From NCBI GenBank assembly GCA_051362555.1, contig CM120646.1, forward strand, positions 22,630,001 through 22,694,000: DNA of 64,000 nucleotides, given 5' to 3'. This stretch comes from Lingula anatina (taxonomy: Eukaryota; Animalia; Brachiopoda). A program made the translations under genes and the position numbers. Positions 14,588 to 26,730 of the stretch are shown here, in pieces (position 1 is the stretch's first letter; every line of letters starts with the position of its first letter). Under the pieces are notes generated by a model. The model had not been told where the DNA came from. It did not search any database and saw only the letters and a program-made list of their open reading frames with translations.

Positions 14588-15009
14588 GTAACCATGTGAC
14601 AGTCATGTGACCATTGTGTGACACACCTCTATATTTTGTGTTGTTTTACACTGTCATTACTTTTCTATACACCCATACTCATTATACTATGTACTTATTT
14701 AAGGCTGACACCAGTGTGAAATATCACAGTACCATTTTTGGAAAGAAAGAAAAATATATCTTTTTACTGAAGAGGTATTCATTTGCTATGGATTTTATTT
14801 GAACATTACGCCAACTTGTCAATTAAGACTTGGACAGTTAAGGCCAGATATTGCACAGTGGGTTCTCTGTCGTGGTTTCTGGTTTAAATTGTTTTCGGTC
14901 TGATTACACCCATAAGATGAGACAAACCATACTGGTGTGAGTTATAAGTCCCATGTATTTCCACTTGGTAGTCTAACCCTACAAGCTTTCTGTGCTTTTA
15001 TTTCTCTAG

Positions 15010-15078
15010 ATACGCTCTCTGGGTGAGATAACCCCAAGCCTTGTTTTCACAGAAGGAAAGTCCAAGCATAATGGGGAG
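15010..15078 (+). CDS. GULP1: GULP1 probable exon (IRSLGEITPSLVFTEGKSKHNGE)
   Basis: Pyrimidine tract with ctctag acceptor, GAG|gtagga donor, 69 nt, phase 0-0 and open. No homology support. Confidence 0.55.
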
Positions 15079-16315
15079 GTAGGAGATACATGTATCCGCT
15101 TAAAGTTACTTTCACATGCTTGGGTTTTATGTGGACCTGGCACACTTTTCAGTTTTGAAGTTCAAGGGTCTCACTATATGCTCACTACATGTATATGCTT
15201 CATAGAGTAGGGTTGACTGTTACTTTGCAGACAGGTGTATACATGCCCAGCTGGAAGAATGACTGACAGAAGAACAGACTGACTGACTGAAGGATTGACT
15301 GACTGACAAGATTAGTTTTTGACATTATAATGCCATGGTTAAAAAGAATAATTGGTAGGCTTCTATACTTTAGGAAGACACATACTCACCTAAGCTCTTG
15401 CAACTGGCAAACAATGGCACATTAATTTTTGCTTTTGTACCATTTTTGATTCAGCTTTTTAACTAAATGTATTTATGAAGATAGTAAATAACATGTCAGA
15501 CTCTCAAAATAAAAATTCCTTATCAGCCTTTAAACACTGCTTCTGTCACTAAGGTAACAAAAGTACTGCAAATAGGTAGTTCAGTAGAAGTCTTATGTGA
15601 TAAAGCAGTATAAAAATCATTGTTGACATTCTGAGATAAATCAACATAAAACATCAAATTTATGTGACTGGCAGTGTGAACTATTTTTTTAAGAGGAAAA
15701 GAGATTTAAAAAATCTTGGAGAGTTTTCTGTCTCTTTGCACAATTTCCTCTTCCTCAGTTCCAGACTCTCAACTTTGGGATCAGTTTTCATCTATATATT
15801 CTGATAGTTCTGTGATCTGATCTGATACACAGGGTGCACTGTCTGTTCTGTGATCTGATACTAAGATATATGTGTTCACCATTTTAACACAGTAAACCTT
15901 TCTGTGTTTTATATCACGTTTCAACCAGCACACTTCACAATCTGAGGGAGATTTTCTATTAAGATCAGTATAAATGTGTCCTGAAAGTCTGCACAAAAAG
16001 AGGGAATATCCATGATGTTGAACAATTGATGCGTACCCTGATGTTCACAGTGTATAAGAGGCTCTTCTCTATTAACATTATAAACTCTGTATTCTGGTCA
16101 TTGATTGAAGTGTTTTGAAGACTGAATTTCAGGGTACCCATACAGAAGATTTAAGAATTTCAATTTAAAGTTTATCTTATTAACTAAGTTGACCATATTA
16201 TTGATTAAGCCTTCAAATTTTATTGTGGGATAATTTAGTGAGAAAGTAGCAAGTGCTTTATAAAATATTTTAAAATTTTTCATTGTGATAAAAGTGATGT
16301 TTCTCCTGTTTTTAG

Positions 16316-16460
16316 ACCAATGCCGAGAACAACCACCGCGAGGTCCCCACGGTGGGCCGGAGACTGGAAGGGCTGATATTTGAAGATGACTTTGTGCCTC
16401 AGACCAACGGCAGCGCTACTCCTAATACTAGTCAGTCGTCCCCCAGTCAGTTACCAATAT
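16316..16460 (+). CDS. GULP1: GULP1 exon (TNAENNHREVPTVGRRLEGLIFEDDF...QLPI)
   Basis: ttttag/gtgagt boundaries, GC-rich codon-like sequence, phase 0-1. Confidence 0.85.
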
Positions 16461-16728
16461 GTGAGTATTTTTGTGTATGGTAAACTTTTTGCCCCTCACC
16501 ACTGAAGTAAAATTCCAGGTCTGATTATAAAGCACTTGTCGATAATTTTACATGTACTATAAAGGTTTAGCGAAGACTTATTTTACTAAGCATGTTTTGT
16601 ATATGGTATGAAGTATGTCAGTTCTCAGATCTGTTAATGGACAGAATTTAGGATGTACATAAAAGGTTTGAATGCAGACTCTAAGTAAAGATATGCTCTA
16701 TAAAGCTGTCTAAATTTGTATTTTGCAG

Positions 16729-16806
16729 TGTCCCCACCCCCCAGCACTGGGAAGAGACCTCATCATGGCACACCCACCTCACCAGCCAGTACTTCTAATA
16801 ACCAAG
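16729..16806 (+). CDS. GULP1: GULP1 Pro-rich exon (SPPPSTGKRPHHGTPTSPASTSNNQ); its 3' end seeds the minisatellite
   Basis: ttgcag acceptor and AAG|gtacag donor; phase 1-1 links the neighbouring exons. Confidence 0.8.
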
Positions 16807-18907
16807 GTACAGTATATATACTCTATCACACACCCACCTCACCAGCCAGTACTTCTAATAACCAAGGTACAGTATATATACTCTATCACACACCCACCTC
16901 ACCAGCCAGTACTTCCGATAACCAAGGTACAGTATATATACTCTATCACACACCCACCTCACCAGCCAGTGCTTCCGATAACCAAGGTACAGTATATATA
17001 CTCTATCACACACCCACCTCACCAGCCAGTACTTCCAATAACCAAGGTACGGTATATATATACTCTATCACACACCCACCTCACCAGCCAGTACTTCTAA
17101 TAACCAAGGTACGGTATATATATACTCTATCACACACCCACCTCACCAGCCAGTACTTCTAATAACCAAGGTACAGTATATATACTCTATCACACACCCA
17201 CCTCACCAGCCAGTACTTCCAATAACCAAGGTACAGTATATATACTCTATCACACACCCACCTCACCAGCCAGTACTTCCAATAACCAAGGTACAGTATA
17301 TATACTCTATCACACACCCACCTCACCAGCCAGTACTTCCAATAACCAAGGTACAGTATATATACTCTATCACACACCCACCTCACCAGCCAGTACTTCC
17401 AATAACCAAGGTACAGTATATATACTCTATCACACACCCACCTCACCAGCCAGTACTTCCAATAACCAAGGTACAGTATATATACTCTATCACACACCCA
17501 CCTCACCAGCCAGTACTTCCAATAACCAAGGTACAGTATATATACTCTATCACACACCCACCTCACCAGCCAGTACTTCCAATAACCAAGGTACAGTATA
17601 TATACTCTATCACACACCCACCTCACCAGCCAGTACTTCCAATAACCAAGGTACAGTATATATACTCTATCACACACCCACCTCACCAGCCAGTACTTCC
17701 AATAACCAAGGTACAGTATATATACTCTATCACACACCCACCTCACCAGCCAGTACTTCCAATAACCAAGGTACAGTATATATACTCTATCACACACCCA
17801 CCTCACCAGCCAGTACTTCCAATAACCAAGGTACAGTATATATACTCTATCACACACCCACCTCACCAGCCAGTACTTCCAATAACCAAGGTACAGTATA
17901 TATACTCTATCACACACCCACCTCACCAGCCAGTACTTCCAATAACCAAGGTACAGTATATATACTCTATCACACACCCACCTCACCAGCCAGTACTTCC
18001 AATAACCAAGGTACAGTATATATACTCTATCACACACCCACCTCACCAGCCAGTACTTCCAATAACCAAGGTACAGTATATATACTCTATCACACACCCA
18101 CCTCACCAGCCAGTACTTCCAATAACCAAGGTACAGTATATATACTCTATCACACACCCACCTCACCAGCCAGTACTTCCAATAACCAAGGTACAGTATA
18201 TATACTCTATCACACACCCACCTCACCAGCCAGTACTTCCAATAACCAAGGTACAGTATATATACTCTATCACACACCCACCTCACCAGCCAGTACTTCC
18301 AATAACCAAGGTACAGTATATATACTCTATCACACACCCACCTCACCAGCCAGTACTTCCAATAACCAAGGTACAGTATATATACTCTATCACACACCCA
18401 CCTCGCCAGCCAGTACTTCCAATAACCAAGGTACAGTATATATACTCTATCACCCACCTCGCCAGCCAGTACTTCCAATAACCAAGGTACAGTATATATA
18501 CTCTATCACACACCCACCTCGCCAGCCAGTACTTCCAATAACCAAGGTACAGTATATATACTCTATCACACACCCACCTCGCCAGCCAGTACTTCAAATA
18601 ACCAAGGTACAGTATATATACTCTATCACACACCCACCTCGCCAGCCAGTACTTCAAATAACCAAGGTACAGTATATATACTCTATCACACACCCACCTC
18701 GCCAGCCAGTACTTCCAATAACCAAGGTACAGTATATATACTCTATCACACACCCACCTCGCCAGCCAGTACTTCCAATAACCAAGGTACAGTATATATA
18801 CTCTATCACACACCCACCTCACCAGCCAGTACTTCCAATAACCAAGGTACAGTATATATACTCTATCACCCACCTCACCAGCCAGTACTTCTAATAACCA
18901 AGGTACA
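16769..18907 (+). repeat. 60-bp minisatellite, about 36 copies, made from the GULP1 exon 3' end plus 5' splice site plus intron start
   Basis: Unit cacccacctcaccagccagtacttccaataaccaag|gtacagtatatatactctatcaca is directly visible. Two units are 62 bp and two are 56 bp. Confidence 0.99.
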
Positions 18908-19215
18908 ATATATGTATTGTTAACAGTCAACAGTCAGTTAACTTGTACTTTTAGTTGTTCCATTTGGCCTTGCATGGGCTTGTATACAGTTCTATATACC
19001 AGTTTTTAAATATTATCTTTCAACTTTTTCTCTTGAATAATTTTTTTTATTATTAAAGGCTTTTTAGTAATTGAAACCAAATTGGAGATAAATTTGGCCA
19101 AACACAATCAAGTATTCTACTTTGTCTGTAGCCAAGTTAGAATGTATTTGACATTGTTGAGAAGGTGTGAGTCCAGCCTCTAGATCTAACATTTTATCTC
19201 AAACATATATTTCAG

Positions 19216-19361
19216 ATTTATTGGGCTCCAACCCCTTCACCTCACCAAGCAACAATGTATCTGGTGGAGAGGATCCATTTGGTATGGGGGCCTTCAACCC
19301 TAGCGCCAAGGACCTTGACCATGCTATCATGAAGGTTGACAAAGAACTGTTGGACTTACAG
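19216..19361 (+). CDS. GULP1: GULP1 exon (DLLGSNPF...EDPFGMGAFNP...ELLDLQ)
   Basis: tttcag/gtaatg boundaries, phase 1-0; NPF and DPF motifs. Confidence 0.87.
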
Positions 19362-19575
19362 GTAATGGAAAGTTGAAATAGAACCACATAAAATGCTAAT
19401 TGAAAAATGTTTAATAGGCTCAGTTTCTTTTCCTGACTTCAAAGGAACAGAGACAGTATTTTTATGTCAATCTGTTTTTTGTGTGTTTGTAAATCTATCT
19501 TGGTTTATGGAAAAATGTATTCATATCAGCTTACATAATTGGGCCACAGAATTTCATAAAAATTGTAACTATTTT

Positions 19576-19578
<3 letters not shown>

Positions 19579-19628
<50 letters not shown>
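19579..19628. repeat. (AT)n microsatellite
   Basis: Direct observation. Confidence 0.97.
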
Positions 19629-19633
<5 letters not shown>

Positions 19634-19773
19634 ATAAATTCTGCACGAATATTTTTCCCTGAATGTTTCTATTAACACTATCCTTTCGTGTTTGGATGCA
19701 TATGGTTTGTTTTTGCCATGTTTTCCGTCTCAAGCATGACCAGTATAACTGCACTGTTTGTGTGTTCTTCCAG

Positions 19774-19851
19774 GCTGGCTTCAGTCAAGGATTGTCCTTT
19801 GGCACACATGACTTTAATCTGGATGATCTAGACCCCTTGAACAAGAAGTAA
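19774..19851 (+). CDS. GULP1: GULP1 last coding exon (AGFSQGLSFGTHDFNLDDLDPLNKK*)
   Basis: ttccag acceptor, TAA stop at 19849-19851. Confidence 0.87.
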   Translation, partial: AGFSQGLSFGTHDFNLDDLDPLNKK

Positions 19852-20654
19852 AATATAACTGTAAAAGTTCTGTCTGCTTACATTATGCATGCTGACAATT
19901 CTATCAGCAACAAAGACTTAAAAGGACTGCTGCTGTTGCAGTGCATGAGAATGGTTATATTGAATGGGGTAACCTTGACCTTGAACACCTTAACAGGAGG
20001 CTGGTGACCTTGACCTCTGACCCATTTACTGATATCATGAACACTGACTGCTGCATTAACCAAGATTGAGGGCTGGGGATGTTTATCTTAACATGGTCAA
20101 GAAATAAAGTTGATCCTATTGCCAATCATGACAGACTGACCAGATTTCTCACTTCGTCATAATGGCCTTCAGCGGATGACCCACTGACCATTAGTGACCT
20201 TGAACTTCATGAACTTGACCTTGATAATCTTTCAGTAAATATAAGCAAGCAGAAATTCAAATCACATATCAACTGAAATGATGCTCAAGGTGTGTGAAAA
20301 TGAGACCATTAGGAGGGAAGCGAGTGTCACCGTGAGGGAACCTCTTAGCAGTGTGAAACATTATCACATTAAGACAGACTACGTGGGTGCAGTTGACTTC
20401 AGAGACTTGGAGATGCCCCCTGCTGTAACCTTGTACCTCCATTGTTTACTTTTGATAGGAGATATCACAGAAATGTAAACATGTCCAATGCACTTACTTC
20501 AGAGGATATTTGAGTATTACAATTTCTACATTAATCAAACCATAAGCAGTACGTGTTGTAGTTATTCTGTACATTGCACAGTATGACATCCTATAAAATA
20601 TCCACTTAATATATTAATATTGTCTGTATGTAACCTAGAGCGTAATTAGTAATA

Positions 20655-20835
20655 GGCTGCATTCAGAAAAGCATACTAACTTGTCCACGGGCCAAATATG
20701 GCAACCGACTAAAAAGCTTGCTGTCTATTCCTCTAATAGAAACTGAATAGATTTCCTGTGGGGAATGTTCAAGTCAATAGTGGGTAGGCCATATTTGACA
20801 CGTGGACTAGTTAGTACGCTGTTCTGAATGCGGCC
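20655..20835. mobile_element. 181-bp MITE with long imperfect TIRs and ATA TSD
   Basis: ggctgcattcagaaaagcatactaacttgtccacg...cgtggactagttagtacgctgttctgaatgcggcc, flanked by ATA on both sides. Confidence 0.85.
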
Positions 20836-22419
20836 ATATATTAGTCATGGGAAGCACAATGGATTGGTTGGTTATGTGACTTAGGCTGGGGGAATTCTGC
20901 AGACCACTACTACTAGTATAGACCTGAGATCTTGATGAAATTTTATGTGCCAAATGGAGATAAATATTTGAAACAGGACAGAGAAGAGCATGTCTGATAT
21001 CAAAATATGTGCAGATGAAGCAATTATCAAATTAACATGCATATTAAAACCATAAGTTTTTGAATTATGAAATTTGCATTATGTAGTTGAGGGTAGGGGC
21101 AGTCTTTATATATATTTAGGTAGCTGAGGAATGTAAACGGGAGTTGATGGAGCGATGGCAGAGTGTATAGAAATGACTGCCAGACTACGGCTATAAAAAT
21201 AACGTTCCATGTTTTTTTTAGCAAATGAAACTACTTTGTACTCTTTATCAAATAAAAAATTGAATCATATTAACTTCAGCGGTTTCTTTTTGAGGTAGAA
21301 GTAGAAGGGACTGATAAAAAATCTATGGATTTTTCTTGAGTTGGATATGTTGACAGTCAGACAGTGCTGTCTTTAAGTGTTCATTTAGTGCTTGAAACAA
21401 TATATATATGGACAATGTATAGAATGCAGCTCTGACTCCCAGAGTGCAGTGTATTGTATAAAGATAAGGTCAGTCTGTGCAATATATATATATGTTAAGG
21501 ACGTAGCCATAGGTCACGTGTTACGAACGTAGCCATATATATCACTTTATATCCAATTCATATAACGTGATGGATGAATACAGCTTTTAGCAGTCACTTA
21601 AGATATAAAATTTGTGTATATGTTTTGTGAAAAAAAAGTTAATGATTCATTCAAAACGTATTATTAGGGTGGATTAAGTCATGTTATTTCAGCCGATTGT
21701 GAGGCTGTTTAATCTGATGACTAAAGGGTCCAATTTACTGTTCATCTACAACTGGCCTAAATTCTGAGGATCAATACTTTGATCACAAACTTGATAATTT
21801 TCTTAGAACTCACTATCACACGATCTTCTCTGATCCTACAAATACTGGGATTATAAAGTATGTTCTTGGTGACTTATCAAACTTTGCCTGTTAACGTAAT
21901 ATTTTTATAATTAAGACAGTTATGAGATAAACATAACAAATTTGTAGTTGTGTGATGCCACTTAATTATAAAACTCACTTTCGTTTGACATCAAACCTCA
22001 TCTTGATAGACTTTGATAGAATTATTGGAATAGTTTGCATTAACATTAAAGGGAGTTGTGTGCAAAAATAAAAAAAAAAAAAAGAAAAGGAAATTTTGAA
22101 AAAGAAAATATTGTGATTTTTCAATGGGTGCCTTACATTGTTGAAATATATGCCATAAAACTAGTGTTGACATTTAGTATATACTTGTACACTTGCCTTC
22201 AAAGGGCATTGCGTTTTCACAAATGATGTTTATAGGCATGTATTCTGTACTTGTTGATTGATGAATTTGTTCTACAACTTTTATCATAGATGCAGATTTT
22301 TTTCTTTTTTTTTTAAACAATTATTAACATTATGGTGATCATATAGGTGATTGGGCTACTAAGTGTAAGATTTTCTTGTTTGAATCTCAAATTTGCAACA
22401 CTTTCTTCTAAAAATGCAG

Positions 22420-22680
22420 GGCCCAGTTTTATAAAGGACGTTTAGCACTAACCAGTGGATAAGCCTAACCAGTGGATAAGTTCCCCTAACACCCATTAAC
22501 TAAAAGATGGTTAAATTGTGTTTCATATACAGTCTTGTAACGGAAAACAGTCAATTAGTTTACTGGCCAGTGTTTGACTGGATTGAATAATTATTTAAAG
22601 GTCAGTTTACTAACAGACTATTAAGGTCTGGTTAGAGTTAAACACTGGTTAGTGCTAAACGTCTTTTATAAAACTGGGCC
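22420..22680. mobile_element. 261-bp PIF/Harbinger-like MITE, 38-bp TIRs, CAG TSD
   Basis: TIR ggcccagttttataaaRgacgtttagcactaaccagtg with one mismatch; CAG on both flanks. A 3-bp CWG target is known for animal Harbingers. Confidence 0.9.
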
Positions 22681-24846
22681 CAGCTGTTTAGCTCCAGATT
22701 TGACAAAAAAAAGCCCTACAGACACTGAAGCGGTTTTAATAGCACTCTAAATATTATTTTTGATTCATTTATGTAGAATAAAAGCAGCTTTGTTGGACCT
22801 ATGCAGTGTATATAGGACAAAATGCATATACATTTATATATACAACATTCTTATACATAGATATACAAGTTAGAACAGTGAATCTGCATGAACATCAATT
22901 ATTATCATGAAAGGATAATTGTTATTATACCAGAAATATCATCTCAAATGTTTGTAGCTACATAAATAGAAACTGCTATAAGTTGGATATTTGATATTTT
23001 TATTATTGTATTTCAGTAATAAAATCCCGGATTTATTTGTATTTATGTAGCGAATTGATAAGGGTATAAATATATGTCTCTGTAAATATTCATGAAGTAA
23101 AAATTACTGTATTGATGACACGACAGATGTGACCCCAAGCACACACAGTTAATATTTTGTCATTATCAGAAACTTAAACAGTTTAAAAAAAATTTCTTGG
23201 AGCAATTTACGAGATTAAATGTTTATATCAAAATATATAGTGACATTGTTGTTTTGTGCTATGAAATTATTTTGTAAAACATGGAGCATGTAGAAGTTTT
23301 CGGTAAACTGGGGATCGGGGGGGGGGGGGCAGAGAACTGCTTCATTTCAGGTTCATAATGTATCTTGTTTGAATGCAAGAGGATTTGTTTTAAGTCATGA
23401 AAATGCATCAAGTGGCTTCAAAATAACCCGCCAGCGTTGTTTACAAGTTGGACATTCAGATATGACTTTTGTATGCCATTATTGACCGTTTTCTCTTATT
23501 TACAAAACCATCTTGGTTATAAAACTGACCTGCATGGAAAGTTGAAACACAAGTCTTTTTCTATCGCTTTAACTTTTGTTACCTGCAAGTATGCTTAGTA
23601 TGATTTTTTCTTTTTGCATAACACTTAAAAAACAATATCATAACATTTAAAACATAATTTACTGATCCATATATTCAAAGTTTTTTATTTTTATTTTTTT
23701 ATTTTCAGCGTGGGAAACTTCAGTGGCCGTGGAGTGAAATTACTCCAGGGAAATTTGAAAGTTGAAGTCAAGTTGTTAACACTGTATATACACATGTACC
23801 TTAAAAAAAAAAAGGCCACTGTTACAGACAAACTTACTTATCAGTCAATACTTTACAATACTGGAAATAAACAGTTAACTTGGACACAAGTTCTGAAACA
23901 AAATTCCTTTGACAACTTCAATGCACTTTCTCTAGTCGAATTTTAGTTTCAATGCTGAAGTTATAGTGTTGATGTCTCAATCTTTAACTTAAGTACTGTT
24001 CCTTACATTAACTACAGAAGACATTGGATAATATCAAGTACTAAATCTCATTTTCAAACCATTGTTTCAATCAAACATGCAGTACTATGTTCCAACTGTG
24101 AGATAATTGTTAGAACTGCACTGAGATCATTTACTTTCTTTTTTTCGCTATCAAACATCTGAACATTGAAACTGAGATGCCTTTAAATCCTCATTTTCAT
24201 TTGTAAGTCAATAATAATAACTGAAGTCTACAACAGAATAAAATACTTGTTCTTCAAGAAGAAACCACTACATTCTAATGTACTGAGATTTCTTAATAGC
24301 ACAATGGTTTGGTCTTGACACAGTCTAGGTATTACTTTAATATATGTTATCTAATGTCAAGATTAGCATATCCACCTTGATTAGTTAAAATTACAGATCT
24401 TCCAAGCTTTGTAAATGTTTTGTTTTTTAAAGATCTAACCTTTTCATAGACGAAGATCTGTTTACCCTAAGCTCACAAAATGAGGAACTGACCAACAAAA
24501 GACGAAATTTACCACAACCCAGCCCGGCACAGTAAAAAGTTCTGGTATTATTCATAATTTCACACAAGTCTCTTCAACAACAAAAAACCCAGAAGATGCC
24601 ATAATTAGTCATACAAAAAACTCACGACATTAAGTAGAACTTGTATCTATGTCTGAAAAACTAATAAAAGATCCAGATCATGTAAAACATTATCTGCATA
24701 GAATGTTCTTTTGCTATCAAATAAAACCCACTGTTCAGAAAAGAACATTCCAATAACCTAATAAAAATATATTTTCCTTTCAGAATATTCTAACAAATAC
24801 TTCACTGAGGTTTTGAACCAAACAACTAATGTTGTCTCACTACACG

Positions 24847-25246
24847 CTATACAAGGACCACTCTTTCGTAGGGGACGGGAGTCATTTTGTAAAACAATAA
24901 GTATGGCGTCTCGCAGATACTGACTTGTTTATTCAACAAGCTCTGCATGTCTTCTTCGCTTTTAAGACAAATCCTTTCATCATCACACTCAAACCAATTC
25001 CCAGAATAGTCTGGGATGTCTACTTCATTCTGGGTGTAGATATTACAGGAGTTTGCTTTCCCTGCAGTTTCTTCTCCTTTCCGTTTAATTCTCTCAGAAA
25101 TAGGGCGTTGTCGCTCTGCAGATTTGGCGTCTGTCTTTTTGGAGGGGTCCTTCATCTTGTGAACAGGGGGGGCTTTGACGTAGGCAGTGTAGTGACCCGA
25201 GGAGATGGAAATACCGCTGTGCATGACAACTGCATACAACTCAAAT
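24847..25246 (-). CDS. USP1: USP1 last exon (His box; WFECDD; ETPYLLFY)
   Basis: Catalytic His and Asp motifs; ctccag acceptor; TAG stop. Confidence 0.94.
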
Positions 25247-25643
25247 CTGGAGTGAAGTGAAAATGAATCGAATGAAATACATTCATTGTAACTCTTATCT
25301 CAAATCATTCTGTCAAATTACCAACACCCAAAAACTCTTTTTTGCAGCTATATTTATATTTCTTTTTGACCTTCCATTCCTGGACAAACTGATTTTAATT
25401 GCAATTCTCTTGAACAAATAATGCCTAATATATTTTCTCTCTTCATTTTGAGGAGTAAAATATCTGAACCTGAAAATTTTTAAAGATCTTTATATCATTA
25501 GAATATACCTTTATTGAAAACAATCTTACAAACGACACAAGTTAACAATGGTAGGAAAATACTAGCTTGTGTTCAAAAACTTAATTACTGTCTGATCTAA
25601 CTACTAAGCTAATAAGGGACATTTTCTCCTAGAATATACTCAC

Positions 25644-25748
25644 TCATGACTGTGTTTACGACAAGGCTGTTTGCACCTGTTACTGAAGCAGGGTAAAACC
25701 AGAGGCGTGGCCACGAAATCATTCACCTTGGAGATACCGCCAAATAAC
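25644..25748 (-). CDS. USP1: USP1 exon (LFGGISKVNDFVATPLVLPCF...)
   Basis: ttgcag/gtgagt boundaries, phase 2-2. Confidence 0.9.
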
Positions 25749-26126
25749 CTGCAACCAGACAGACACATATAAATAACTATCATTAACCTGTGTATAAAAT
25801 GTATCCTTGTCAAAGTTTACCTTCAAGTTACCTGCAATAAAGGAAAGATGCATATATCATAATTATTGAACTAAAGTATATATAATATGTATCCTTGGCC
25901 TTCTTGTGATATTGAAATTGAAATGCATTTATATTATATTGATGCGTATTGTGAAAAACAAAACTGTCTAACTGTCATTTAACATTACTTCATTTTCCTG
26001 ATGAAGTCTATGGGATATAGAGGAAATGTCAGAACTCACTCCATCTACCATTCTTTGCTTGACTGAATCAACAAATAGACCAATAAAAATATACACCTTA
26101 TTTTTTCATTAATACTTAATTCTTAC

Positions 26127-26316
26127 CCTGAGTTCGCCTCAAATCTCTTGAGATGAAGCATCAGTATCTGTGGCAGCCTGACATACTGGGTGGACCTCTC
26201 AGCTTCCACGTATCTGTGGCACTGATCGCAGAAATATTTATTATCATCCTGCAGACGTTCTATCTCTGAGAAAGCCTCCATCAACCAACTTACACTGCCA
26301 GGATTACAGGACTCGT
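26127..26316 (-). CDS. USP1: USP1 exon (...ERLQDDNKYFCDQCHRYVEAERS...LPQILMLHLKRFE)
   Basis: Second CxxC and LHLKRF motif; ttttag/gtaaga boundaries. Confidence 0.94.
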
Positions 26317-26591
26317 CTAAAATAAGGAATGGGATGGAGAAAAGTGAACATTTTTAAGGAACTCCACTCAGTGGTAAATTAAACACTGGTCTAAAAGTAC
26401 TGTCACTTGACACTGTGTAATTTCCCACTAACTAGTATCAATGGAAATTTTGTAAATTTTCCATTTTTACATGAATAACATAAGCACTGACTTACAAATG
26501 TTTTCTTTCAAAATTACATACTCCCCCAAGTAAGACGACAAAAGTTTGCATTTGGAAAACAGCAACTAAAAAAAAAAAGTGAAGCTCTCAC

Positions 26592-26730
26592 CATCTGTCT
26601 CATCATCAGTGTCCCCCTCTTCTTTCTTGACTTTCTCTTTCTTCACTGGGACCCCAATGTCCTGAAAGTCCTCCTTCCTCTGCGTGAACCCCTCACACTC
26701 CAAACACCGCGTCCTCAGGGCCATGCTGCC
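26592..26730 (-). CDS. USP1: USP1 exon (GSMALRTRCLECEGFTQRKEDFQDIGVPV...)
   Basis: First CxxC of the fingers subdomain; ttccag/gtgaga boundaries. Confidence 0.93.

Larger units (their letters stand above)
9439..19851 (+). other. GULP1: Gene model: PTB domain engulfment adapter GULP1/CED-6, about 428 aa, join(9439-9508,11235-11299,11600-11671,11828-11926,12344-12481,12944-13060,13366-13470,14483-14587,15010-15078,16316-16460,16729-16806,19216-19361,19774-19851)
   Basis: Spliced translation gives WVHPPEALLRGHIVYNVKYLG...[22 protein letters not shown]...[29 protein letters not shown], closely matching the recalled GULP1/CED-6 PTB domain, followed by a coiled coil. All junctions are GT-AG and phase-consistent. 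Confidence 0.93.

Noticed and set aside
16769-18907. CRISPR-like array
   Set aside because: The units are contiguous with no unique spacers, the context is eukaryotic, and there are no cas genes.
17159-18930. 439-aa and 195-aa Trp/Tyr-rich minus-strand ORFs
   Set aside because: They are the reverse translation of the 60-bp minisatellite, with no ATG or splice context and no unique sequence.
25801-25897. Two GTATCCTT strings resembling U12-type 5' splice sites
   Set aside because: They lie on the strand opposite USP1 and are explained by a local duplication.
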